Both the position numbers and the translations under genes were made by a program. The notes beneath the pieces were generated by a model that searched no databases, was not told the DNA's origin, and was given only the letters and a program-made list of their open reading frames with translations. A stretch of 63,998 bases of DNA, the filler included, from an uncultured Methanosarcinales archaeon (GTDB taxonomy: Archaea > Nanobdellota > Nanobdellia > Woesearchaeales > CAYSVS01), in assembly GCA_964434475.1 (NCBI GenBank). It is 5 parts of 5 records of this genome, joined end to end, with 100 filler letters (N's around TTAATTAATTAA, not from the genome) between each part and the next. Parts side by side here need not be neighbours in the genome. Positions count along the whole stretch, not along the records: positions 16,045 to 31,540 come from CAYSVS010000027.1; 4 more parts are not named here. The stretch is one strand, 5' to 3'. Shown here piece after piece: positions 18,820-28,263 of the stretch; positions within the stretch are counted from its first letter, which is position 1, and each line of letters begins with the position of its first letter.

Positions 18820-19174
18820 ACTGGTTTTTCACCCACTTCATTATCAACCTAACAACAAACCTAACCTCCTTATCAGTCATATCCCTATACATAGGAATCC
18901 TATGCCATCTGAACAAACACTTTCTGCAGCAAGTAGCTGTTGCATGCTGCGCGATAAACACAGGATGAGCTCTATAAGGAGTTTGTTTGCCGTCATTGAC
19001 TGGCTTGCGCTTTAATTTTGTATTAATTATCTCATATGCAAAATTCTCTATAGCAAGCAGACCTTGCTGCTTTATCATATATTTATCAATCCCAGTCAGA
19101 AAAAATTTTCGCCTGAACTTGCTTGCTTTTACTCTGCTTATCATATCCGGATTCTTTAATAATTGCGACCACAT
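18800..19174 (-). CDS. DUF4186-family protein
   Basis: SKFRRKF, NDGKQTP, HPVFIAQHATATCCRKCL..WH; AGGAGG SD before ATG 19174. Confidence 0.85.
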   Translation of the reverse strand: MWSQLLKNPDMISRVKASKFRRKFFLTGIDKYMIKQQGLLAIENFAYEIINTKLKRKPVNDGKQTPYRAHPVFIAQHATATCCRKCLFRWHRIPMYRDMTDKEVRFVVRLIMKWVKNQFNNPTD

Positions 19175-19337
19175 GTTTAAACCTCCTAAAACAATAAAAA
19201 AGTATTGAAATACACCTTTTAAAAAAATTAAGCTTACGCTCATATACCTCAATCTTTAGCATTAGTACCACCTTCCAAAAAAATATAAGGCTGTCAGACA
19301 CTTTGGCCAAAAAGTAAACTGACAGCACAAATAAAAA

Positions 19338-19601
19338 TCAGACACAACATTCTTTTTCGTTCAAAGAAAGATACTTGTATGCTTCCCTTAACACCATGGC
19401 TGCTTTAGGCAAGTCTCCTATCCTTAATGTTCTTGTGGATTTCCACTCGCCTTCTTTATCACAATACCTTCTTTGGAAAGAAACACTCTTGAAATTCGTG
19501 TCGATTCCTTCAGTATTTTTTCCTATATTGTGCCATATGGTAGCACACACAACGCCTGATCTGAAAGTTTTTTCAGGCATATTTTTTTCTAACTTATTCA
19601 T
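19338..19601 (-). CDS. Small putative PC4-like ssDNA-binding protein
   Basis: PEKTFRSG..CATIW.N...SVSFQRRY.DKEGEWKST..L...DLPK; GAGGTGA SD. CDS is solid, function is inferred. Confidence 0.6.
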   Translation of the reverse strand: MNKLEKNMPEKTFRSGVVCATIWHNIGKNTEGIDTNFKSVSFQRRYCDKEGEWKSTRTLRIGDLPKAAMVLREAYKYLSLNEKECCV

Positions 19602-19657
19602 TTAAATCACCTCTTTTTGCTTATCGCATTTTATTTCAAGCGAGGCTTGAACATCAA

Positions 19658-19813
19658 TCAGGCATTAAGATAGCCTATCATAAATCCCTGCTCTGCAGGA
19701 TTTATAAGATCATTATCAAAAGAATCCTCTATATTTTCTTCATGATAAAAATCATCTTCTATCTTTTCTGAAAACTTTGGCACCTTAGGTATAATAGCTT
19801 TTTTTGGTTTCAT
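19658..19813 (-). CDS. Acidic micro-protein (PAEQGFMIGY family)
   Basis: AGGTGG SD; paralog at 29405-29545. Confidence 0.7.
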   Translation of the reverse strand: MKPKKAIIPKVPKFSEKIEDDFYHEENIEDSFDNDLINPAEQGFMIGYLNA

Positions 19814-19814
19814 C

Positions 19815-19937
19815 TTAAAGCCACCTGTCACTGAATTGATAATCAAAAGTATTCATCGCGCATGTCTTTTTAGTTAATTTCATCATCTGCTCTACAAACA
19901 GATCCTGTATTGTACTTGGACTTAAGTCAACTGCCAT
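19815..19937 (-). CDS. 40-aa micro-protein (MAVDLSPSTIQDLFVEQMMKL...)
   Basis: GAGGTGA SD; stop 1 nt before the next ATG. Confidence 0.55.
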   Translation of the reverse strand: MAVDLSPSTIQDLFVEQMMKLTKKTCAMNTFDYQFSDRWL

Positions 19938-20124
19938 TTGATTCACCTCTTTATTTTATATAAAAAATTAAGGCAAGATATATGGGCATTAATATAGGGG
20001 GAGGTAATGCTGATCTTGCCTTTGAATATGAAATAATACGACAGCAATCATTGCTTGTGGGCAATTACTTCATCGCCATCTAAGATATATTATACACTTA
20101 TCCATTTAAATATCTGACGCGCAC

Positions 20125-20145
20125 CTGTCCAGTGTGTCCAGTGCT
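20125..20145. promoter_or_regulatory. Tandem TGTCCAGTG direct-repeat motif, copy 1
   Basis: 21 bp identical to 31460-31480; extra single unit at 20200-20208. Confidence 0.55.
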
Positions 20146-20509
20146 ACCTAATATGCAGAATTCCAGCATTAAGAAGCTTAATACACCTTAATTCGCATTT
20201 GTCCAGTGGCGACTAAAAGAAGTAAGCAAAAACAAAAAGATATTTAAAAAATCAAAAATTCAAGAAACTGATGGGATTTTCAATAATCAATATAATAATT
20301 TTATTTTTTCTACTTATTATGCTAACAAGCATACACAAATTATTATTTTATGTGATTGAAAAAAACTTAATGGAATGAAACCTCCAGGAGAAATGTTAAA
20401 ACAATATGAATCAAGAATAAATATTCTTAGAAAAATTTCCATAGGACTATCAGTTACAAAATTTATAGCAGTGACTATTTATTTTTATATTAATTAAAAT
20501 TAAAACACA

Positions 20510-21583
20510 TCAAAAATCAGTCAATTTCTTTATTTCCTGACCTATATATTTTATTAAAGTTGTATTTCCGCCTTCTCCAGATGCTTTTTCAAGTTTCACA
20601 AACTTTGCATCCTGTAATTTTTTAATGTTCCTTTGGAATGATTTATAACTTCTAGTACCGCCTATTTTCTGATACTTCTTATATAGATCCCCTATCCTTT
20701 CACCAGAATTCTTTTTCACTATCTCCAAAACATCCTTCGCATCAATCTCAAGCTTATCTCCATCATTAATAGAATATTCATCTAATTTATCAAGAGCTTT
20801 TTTAACATCTTGTTTTTCAATCTTCTTTAAAGCTCTTTCTTCAGCCGATAAAGCAGCTTCTTTCATAATATGCAGCCCAACCCTTATATCTGTAACATCA
20901 TATGTTTTATTTGCAACTATATCAAAAGCCTCATCTTCCCAAACACCAGAAACAAAAGCATACTTTATCCTTTCCTTCAATATCCCTCTTGTTTCTTCTG
21001 AAGTATAAGGTGGAAAAGATATGATTTCAGGTAAAAGCCTTGACTTAATTCTCATATCAAGATTATCTATCCATTCTTTATAATTTGTTATAAGAATTAT
21101 ACTTTTTCGGTATATCTTCTCGAGTACAAGATACAAGACATCAATATCATCAAGCTTATCTACTTCATCAAAAACAAACACAGCAGATTTTTTGTTCAAT
21201 ATCTTTGTTGCTATCTCAAACAATTCATTAGATTTCTTGTTATGTGTCAAAGTATAACCTAACTCTTCACAAAGATATACTGCAATCTTATATATAGTGT
21301 TCTTTTGCCAACAATTGATGTATATAGGGATAATATCATCAGTTTGATCCTCTAGTTCATTAAGCACATTTTTTGATGCAACAGTCTTCCCTACACCTGG
21401 CTTTCCATGAATAAGTATATTCCTGCCGTTCATATCATTGAACAAAGGTTTTATGCAATTTGCTATCTTTTTCTGCTGCATCTCCCTAAAAGGAACCATC
21501 TTTGGCTGATAATCATAATCTAATGCTATATGATTTAAAAACAAAGATTCACTATCCTTTAACATATCATTAAATAAGCCCAT
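20510..21583 (-). CDS. cdc6: Orc1/Cdc6 replication initiator
   Basis: LDYDYQP..VPFRE, Walker A GKPGVGKT, YINC, Walker B FDEVD, RIKSRL, FPPY, C-terminal winged helix. Confidence 0.92.
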   Translation of the reverse strand: MGLFNDMLKDSESLFLNHIALDYDYQPKMVPFREMQQKKIANCIKPLFNDMNGRNILIHGKPGVGKTVASKNVLNELEDQTDDIIPIYINCWQKNTIYKIAVYLCEELGYTLTHNKKSNELFEIATKILNKKSAVFVFDEVDKLDDIDVLYLVLEKIYRKSIILITNYKEWIDNLDMRIKSRLLPEIISFPPYTSEETRGILKERIKYAFVSGVWEDEAFDIVANKTYDVTDIRVGLHIMKEAALSAEERALKKIEKQDVKKALDKLDEYSINDGDKLEIDAKDVLEIVKKNSGERIGDLYKKYQKIGGTRSYKSFQRNIKKLQDAKFVKLEKASGEGGNTTLIKYIGQEIKKLTDF

Positions 21584-21679
21584 AATTTTAGTAAAAAGCA
21601 GACTATATTTTAAAATTTGCGTTTAGCAATAAAAACCTTTATAAACAATAAATAATAAAATAATAAAAGGTGAAACATA

Positions 21680-23266
21680 TTGGAAGACCCTATAGATACT
21701 AGAAACTTAGTAAGATTTGGATTTCTTAGCAAAAAAGGAAAAGAATTCAAAAAAAGTTTTGATGCAAACTTCAAAATAAGAAAAGAAGCAGATCCTAATC
21801 TAGATAAGGAGAAAGAATGGAACAAGAAAATTGATAGTCTTACTTTAGATAAACTGCATCAATATGCTGGTGAAGAAGTAGGAGAAGAACAATATAATCA
21901 ATTTGCCAGAACAGGTTTTCCAGAAACATTCAAATCAAAAAGGTTCAGGTTATTATGGGAAAAATTTGATATAGCCATAGAAGAAGTATATTTCTGGATA
22001 CATAATCATCTAACAACTGATTGGGCTTTTCCATATATAGTCAAGACAAAAGATCTTTTTACAGCATCCGAAAATAGTTCTTTCTTCGGAGCCAGCCAGC
22101 AAAGATTAGGAGCACAGCAGGATAAAGTAAGCCAGTTTCTTGCAGTCATAGGAAAGATGGTCAAAGAGCTTTTCCAGGTAGTAAGAGAATTAAGGATAAT
22201 AGATGAAAGAACAAAATATTATTACAACAGCCAAGGCATATATAAAGATCCAAAAGGCAATTACACTTTGAAAAAAAAAACAGATCAATCTTCTGAAATT
22301 ACATTGAAAGGCATATGGATAGATCTTGTTGAACAAGGAGCAAAAAATCCTGCTTCAGTATATGGAATGGCGCGTGAACTTCAGTTCACTACTTTGCCTG
22401 ACCTGTTCTTTAATGCACCACATATGGAAACAGATAAAGTAGACAGTTATGTGGACAGCTTAGATTTCAATAAAGCAGTAAAAAATGTACTTAAAAGAAA
22501 ACTTAAGACTTTCCTGAGTTGGAAAGAAACTACTTTTGAAGAATTAAAGAACAGAAGAACATTTACCCTTAAATATCTTTGGCAGCATTATGATGTAATA
22601 AAGATGTATATGAGCTGGGTAAGACCTTATCTTTCAAATATAAGAAGAATGCATATGGATGTTGAGAAAACAAAAACAGCGGATTTGGTGGCTGCTTTTG
22701 AAGGCAGTATGATAGAATTAGAATTTTTGGCTGCGCAACTACCTGTAAATGATAATACAGGCAAACAAAATAAAAAGGTATATGCAGTGATATTGGTTCA
22801 TTTCATGTACAGGACAAGACCTATTATGGGATTTCAACAGGAATATCAAAGAGGTCCTCAACATATGGGAAGAGTAGTATTTACAGTAAGACCTTATGTT
22901 TGGACAAAAGAACAGATTGAGAATTTCGTCAAATACAGAGAAAAACAAGATTTTGAGCTTATGAAATCCATCTCAGGTTCTGTTGAAGCAGCTATGAAAG
23001 CTCTGGGAGGAGATATCCAAAAATACTTGAAAGAAGCAGGAAGGATAGAATACGAAAATCCTGAATCAGATATCATGAAATCCGATGGAAAGACAGACAA
23101 ATCAGGCAATCCATTTTCAGCTTTGTTTTCAATCTTCAAATCATCGAAACCTGCACCTAGTTACAACAAAGAAGCTGAAACAGGCTCTGCAGGAGGTGTT
23201 GCAAAAACCGTAGCTTGGAAGACTTATGAAAATTTCAAAAAAGCTCATGGAATGTTCTCGTGGTAA
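21680..23266 (+). CDS. Unknown 528-aa, largely helical protein
   Basis: Long ORF, TTG start with AGGTGA SD. Confidence 0.85.
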   Translation: MEDPIDTRNLVRFGFLSKKGKEFKKSFDANFKIRKEADPNLDKEKEWNKKIDSLTLDKLHQYAGEEVGEEQYNQFARTGFPETFKSKRFRLLWEKFDIAIEEVYFWIHNHLTTDWAFPYIVKTKDLFTASENSSFFGASQQRLGAQQDKVSQFLAVIGKMVKELFQVVRELRIIDERTKYYYNSQGIYKDPKGNYTLKKKTDQSSEITLKGIWIDLVEQGAKNPASVYGMARELQFTTLPDLFFNAPHMETDKVDSYVDSLDFNKAVKNVLKRKLKTFLSWKETTFEELKNRRTFTLKYLWQHYDVIKMYMSWVRPYLSNIRRMHMDVEKTKTADLVAAFEGSMIELEFLAAQLPVNDNTGKQNKKVYAVILVHFMYRTRPIMGFQQEYQRGPQHMGRVVFTVRPYVWTKEQIENFVKYREKQDFELMKSISGSVEAAMKALGGDIQKYLKEAGRIEYENPESDIMKSDGKTDKSGNPFSALFSIFKSSKPAPSYNKEAETGSAGGVAKTVAWKTYENFKKAHGMFSW

Positions 23267-23775
23267 AAATGGCATTAAAAGAAGATATAAAAAAAATAAG
23301 AAAACTATCTCCAGAAGACAGAATTAAAGAGCTTAAAAGACTCAAGAAACAGATAGAAGAAGATAAAAAAAAAGAAGAGAAAGAGATAGATAATCTCACA
23401 AAAGAAAGTCAACAGGAGATAATAAGAAAAGAAGAAGAAAAAGAGATATCAGAACTTTTGAAAGCGCATGATTACAGAGGGATACTGGAAGAAACTATAG
23501 AAAAAGAAAAAATAAGCAAAGAAGCTGAAGATAAAGCATCACAACAAATACAATACGGAGAAAGTATCAACCAGATTAAAGACATAAGAGAAGAGCTTTA
23601 TAGCCTTCAGGGAACAGAAGACTGGGGATATGAAGAAAACAAAAGATTAGAGAAGGCTGAAAAACAACTTGATGAAATACAACAATATAGAAATGTTATG
23701 AGCAAATATGCAGCAGACCAAGTAAACACATCACAAAAAGTTTTAAAAGCATTAAAAATGTATAAAGGTTATTGA
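23260..23775 (+). CDS. Unknown charged coiled-coil protein
   Basis: E/K-rich ORF overlapping both neighbours. Confidence 0.8.
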   Translation: MVKMALKEDIKKIRKLSPEDRIKELKRLKKQIEEDKKKEEKEIDNLTKESQQEIIRKEEEKEISELLKAHDYRGILEETIEKEKISKEAEDKASQQIQYGESINQIKDIREELYSLQGTEDWGYEENKRLEKAEKQLDEIQQYRNVMSKYAADQVNTSQKVLKALKMYKGY

Positions 23776-25937
23776 ATATGATATTCAGCAATGATAATTA
23801 CTATCATCCTATGGACAGGGAATATGCAGCACCTAAGACAGATACAATTACAAGAAAATTAGAGAAACCATTGTTTCCTGTAAGCGAAATAGGTCAAACA
23901 GTAACAGAAGGAAGAGGACAGGGCACTTTCATACAATCTGTTACAGCTGCGATAAGAAAAGGTGCAGGAAGACTGGAATTATCTACTGTTATGGAAGGCA
24001 GCGACCAAGGAGTAGGAGCTGAAGCATATGGAAAACACGCAAGAGAAGCTTTAAGGGAATTAGCAAAGATAAACGAAGTAAAACTTCACAGCGTACATGC
24101 ACCTTCCCAAATAGGGAATGTATCTGGAATGACACAGCAAGGTTTTTCAAACGAAGCAAGACAAAAAACACTGCATGAGATAAAGAAAGCTGTTGATTTT
24201 GCAAAAGACGTAACAAACGGAAGCGCTATTGTAGTACATACTGGAGAATTTCCAAGGGTCATGGCTCACCAAAGATGGGCTATGGATGAAGAAGGAAAAG
24301 AATTATTCAGAGGATACGAGGAGGAGCCAGAAGAAGCCGTCGTGCATATAGTTGATGACAGGACAGGACAAATAATGCAGACAGTAACAAAAAATCAGGT
24401 TGTCTCAAGACCTGTTTGGATGAAATCTGACAAAGAATACACTTATACTGCAGATGATGATGATCCTAATCTTGGAATAACAAAAGGAGATAAGGTAAGA
24501 GTTAACTCAAATGATTACATAGATTATGAAGGTAAAAAAGTCAGCACAGAGAATAGGGTTCCTGTTTTTGATGAAGGTACAGGAAGATTCAAAGTAGAGA
24601 AGAAGACATGGAAAGACTTTGTAGAAGAAGCTAAAGAGATGAATCAGGAGATAGCAAAAAAAAAAGGCATAAAACTAAATGAATTTGAGAAACAAAACCC
24701 TCAAGAAGTCGTTACTCCAGAAGAAGCCTTCTTTAAAGCAACGCTGCAGATACAGGAAGGTCACAGCAAAGGTTGGGCATTGACATATGCAAGAGATTTT
24801 AAGAACGAGATAGACACATTAACAAAATTAAAGGAGTTAAGAAAATATTATAAAAGGATAGAAGATGCAACAGACAGAGAAGAAAAATGGAAAATCCAAA
24901 AATTGATACCTTCTAGATACAGCCATATGCTGCCTCCGGATGTTAAAGATCCTGTAAAACAGATAGATGAAGAGATAAGCTCATTGAGAAAAGGTATAGA
25001 ATATGCAAGACAAGCTTCAACATCACAGCAGCAGCAAGCACAAGAAGCAAGAATCTCACAAGATCATGCAGTCTCCATAAAAAAATACGCCTTAGATAGA
25101 AGCTTTGATACTTTAGCGAAATCAGGCATCACAGCAATGAAATCTACAGAAGCTGAAAAAGAAAGAAGAAAAAAAACAAATATAAAAGAAGAGATGAGAG
25201 ACATATATGTCGCTCCAGAAAACATATTTCCAGAAATGGGATATGGAAGCCATCCAGAAGAACTCATAGAGATTGTAGAAGGAGCAAGAAAAAAGATGGT
25301 AGAGTTATTGACAAGCAAGAAGATAAAAGGAAAATGGGATGCAAAAAATAACAGATATAAAGAAGTAGACAATCCTTACTATAAACAAGAATTTGAAAAA
25401 GATCCAAAAAAAGCAAAAAAAGAGGCTGAAGATCATATAAAAGCGACCTTTGATACCCAGCATTTAGGCATGTGGCGAAAACATTTCCAGTCAAGACAGG
25501 GAGAAACTGAAGAAGAAACTACAAAAAGGTTCAATAAATGGTATATGGGCCAAGTCGAAAATATGCACAAAAAGGGCATAATAGGAAACATACATATCGT
25601 AGACGGATGGGGTTACGGACACACACATCTACCAGCAGGACAAGGTAATTTACCTGTTGTTGATGCTGTCACATACTTAAAGAAAAAAGGCTATGTTGGA
25701 GCTATGTCTTCAGAAGGATTTGGCGAACCTACTAGACAATTAACAGAAACATGGCGTGCGTTTGGCGCAAACGTATATGGAAGCCACGACAGAAGTGGAA
25801 TAAGAGTAGGCGCAACTCAACGCTGGTCAGACATACAAAACAGTTATTTCGGCAGAGCTCAATCACCTTATTTTGTCTTCGGAGCTTATTCACCAAGCAA
25901 TGACTGGACATTATGGAGTCAGACACCGATGGAGTAG
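23772..25937 (+). CDS. Endonuclease IV/xylose-isomerase-like TIM-barrel protein with large insertion
   Basis: SVHAP, VVHTG, APEN, TFDTQH, IHIVD, HLPAGQG, SSEG metal-ligand pattern. Confidence 0.8.
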   Translation: MNMIFSNDNYYHPMDREYAAPKTDTITRKLEKPLFPVSEIGQTVTEGRGQGTFIQSVTAAIRKGAGRLELSTVMEGSDQGVGAEAYGKHAREALRELAKINEVKLHSVHAPSQIGNVSGMTQQGFSNEARQKTLHEIKKAVDFAKDVTNGSAIVVHTGEFPRVMAHQRWAMDEEGKELFRGYEEEPEEAVVHIVDDRTGQIMQTVTKNQVVSRPVWMKSDKEYTYTADDDDPNLGITKGDKVRVNSNDYIDYEGKKVSTENRVPVFDEGTGRFKVEKKTWKDFVEEAKEMNQEIAKKKGIKLNEFEKQNPQEVVTPEEAFFKATLQIQEGHSKGWALTYARDFKNEIDTLTKLKELRKYYKRIEDATDREEKWKIQKLIPSRYSHMLPPDVKDPVKQIDEEISSLRKGIEYARQASTSQQQQAQEARISQDHAVSIKKYALDRSFDTLAKSGITAMKSTEAEKERRKKTNIKEEMRDIYVAPENIFPEMGYGSHPEELIEIVEGARKKMVELLTSKKIKGKWDAKNNRYKEVDNPYYKQEFEKDPKKAKKEAEDHIKATFDTQHLGMWRKHFQSRQGETEEETTKRFNKWYMGQVENMHKKGIIGNIHIVDGWGYGHTHLPAGQGNLPVVDAVTYLKKKGYVGAMSSEGFGEPTRQLTETWRAFGANVYGSHDRSGIRVGATQRWSDIQNSYFGRAQSPYFVFGAYSPSNDWTLWSQTPME

Positions 25938-25943
25938 AATAAG

Positions 25944-26126
25944 ATGGAATGTAACAAAGAAAACTGCAACTGCTCTTATCCATGCGATAAGAAAGGGATC
26001 TGCTGCGAATGCATAGCACACCATAGAGCTAATGACGAATTACCTGCGTGCTATTTTCCAGATAAAGAAGAATCAAGCTACGATAGAAGCATAGATAATT
26101 TCATAAGGATCTGGAAAAAAAATTAA
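25944..26126 (+). CDS. Small Cys-rich protein (DUF6485-like)
   Basis: [20 protein letters not shown]...LPACYF...YDRS. Confidence 0.75.
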   Translation: MECNKENCNCSYPCDKKGICCECIAHHRANDELPACYFPDKEESSYDRSIDNFIRIWKKN

Positions 26127-26439
26127 ACTTAAGCTGTCTATCATCTATTCTTTCATAAATATCCTGATTATATTCAAAACTAGCATTGCATTTGCCATCA
26201 TATGCAACTATTAATCCAGGTTCATCAAGTTTAACACATCTGTTTCCATAATAAACATCACAATAATAATACATTTCCTATATATCATCATAAACCATCC
26301 AATGTCCCACAACATACTATACAAGGGCCACATATCACTTTTTCTTCAATTTTCAAATCAGACATATAACAACATATTTTTTCAGAACATTTAATTTTAA
26401 TTACCGTAACTATTAAAAATAACCAATTAATTTATCTTA

Positions 26440-27123
26440 TTGATGAAAAAAATCACAACAAAAGACAATAGCATCACGTATTACAACAAACAATATGACG
26501 AAACATACCATAGTAAATCTGGCGCCAAAGAAGAGTCTATAAAGAAGTTTGTAAAGCCTTGTGAAAAGGTTATAGAAGCTAATGACATAGTCAAAGTTCT
26601 GGATATATGCTTTGGCATAGGGTACAACACAGCAGCTTTGTTAGATTATATTCTAACAAAATATCCTAACAAAAAAATATACATCACAGCGATAGAAAAA
26701 GATATAGAAATAATAAACAAAATACTAGAAAATGATGAATCAGGATTCAAAAACTACGAAATAATTAGAGAACTAGTCAAAAATAAAACAGAAAAACACA
26801 ACAAAACATATTTTAAATATAACAACAACAACATAAAGATTAAACTTATCGTAGATGATGCAAGAGAAACAATAAAACAATTGAACAACAAATTCAACAT
26901 TGTATTCCTTGACGCTTTCTCTCCAAATAAATGTCCAGAACTTTGGGAAGAAAACTTCATAAAAGACATATCAAACAATATGCAGAATAAAGCAATCCTC
27001 ACCACATATAGTTGTGCTAGAATAGTTAGAGATAACCTGAAAAAAGCTAAGCTATCTGTTTATGATGGACCTTGTGTAGGAAGACGTGCTCCCAGCACTA
27101 TCGCTATAAAGACCTTTGTTTAA
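26440..27123 (+). CDS. MnmC/MnmD-like tRNA methyltransferase domain protein
   Basis: YDETYHS..GA..ES, LDICFGIGYN, FLDAFSP...PELW, LTTYS. Confidence 0.88.
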   Translation: MMKKITTKDNSITYYNKQYDETYHSKSGAKEESIKKFVKPCEKVIEANDIVKVLDICFGIGYNTAALLDYILTKYPNKKIYITAIEKDIEIINKILENDESGFKNYEIIRELVKNKTEKHNKTYFKYNNNNIKIKLIVDDARETIKQLNNKFNIVFLDAFSPNKCPELWEENFIKDISNNMQNKAILTTYSCARIVRDNLKKAKLSVYDGPCVGRRAPSTIAIKTFV

Positions 27124-28263
27124 CTCCAGAAGCATAGCCAATGGCTGAAAAAAAGGATCTTTATCATCTTTTTTCAACCTATTAGAAGTGTTGTATTTTT
27201 CAAAAAAAATTTGCGAATATGTGCCATATAATTCAGTCACTAAAATCTTAAACGTATCTGTCTTTGTCAAATTTTTCGATCTATAATTCCTATTTACAGA
27301 TTTAAGAGCTTCATACTTATCAGCAACAGCCAATAATGCTGCAATATCTGGTATAGCTTTACCACTCAAACCTTCAGGATATCCAGTACCATCATATTTT
27401 TCATGATGATACAACACAGATTCTTTAATATTATTGTCAAAACCATATTCATCCAAATATCTATAAGCGATTTCAGGATGCTCTCTTACTTTATCCATCT
27501 CTTTTTCAGACAATTTACCTTTAGATATCAAACCTTTTATCTTATCATCCAAAACCTTGCCCATATCATGTAATAATGAACCTATGATGATATTATTGCT
27601 TCCTTTTACCTTTCTATCGGAAAAAGAGATAAGCTGTATAGAACTAGCTATAAGAAACGCTGTTTTGGCAGTATTGTATTGATGGATGAGTGTGGAGTCA
27701 TGCAACTGCCTTGATGTTTCTGCAGCAGCTAATACAAAATAATCATTATGCAGCAAAGACTGATAGAATCTTTTGATAAGAAGTTTTTGATATTTCTCGA
27801 CAGAAAACTCTGCTCCTGATTTAAACAGATCAACCAGCTGTCCCAGTTCACTCACAGCCATAATATAATCTTTATCATTAACTCGATCCACAAAATCCTC
27901 TGTAAGGTTTTTTGCTAATCTTATTGATTCATAAGAACTATGTTTCATCTCTCTTTGCAGTTTAGTGAATTTTATCTTGCTAAACAATCCTTTATCATAT
28001 TTTACACCAGGAAAATCCTTAAACCTTTCATCAATTTTAGGAAGCCTTAGCTCGTTATTTTCAACAGCATCTAATCCTGCATTCGGCCATTCTTTCAGAA
28101 GATCAAGATGAAACTGCTTAATCTTTGTTCCTTTTTTTAACAAAAGCACGTTTCCAGATACCACATTATCAGTTATTACTTCTCCCAAGCTAAAATCCGA
28201 ATACATTTTTAATAAATTGAGAGGACAAGCCAAAGGCTTGTCCTCCACCTCTTTTTCCGCCAT
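27052..28263 (-). CDS. HD-GYP domain protein
   Basis: LLHDMGK, HP, HHEKYDGTGYPEGL, AVADKYEAL. Confidence 0.88.
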   Translation of the reverse strand: MAEKEVEDKPLACPLNLLKMYSDFSLGEVITDNVVSGNVLLLKKGTKIKQFHLDLLKEWPNAGLDAVENNELRLPKIDERFKDFPGVKYDKGLFSKIKFTKLQREMKHSSYESIRLAKNLTEDFVDRVNDKDYIMAVSELGQLVDLFKSGAEFSVEKYQKLLIKRFYQSLLHNDYFVLAAAETSRQLHDSTLIHQYNTAKTAFLIASSIQLISFSDRKVKGSNNIIIGSLLHDMGKVLDDKIKGLISKGKLSEKEMDKVREHPEIAYRYLDEYGFDNNIKESVLYHHEKYDGTGYPEGLSGKAIPDIAALLAVADKYEALKSVNRNYRSKNLTKTDTFKILVTELYGTYSQIFFEKYNTSNRLKKDDKDPFFQPLAMLLELNKGLYSDSAGSTSSYTRSIINR

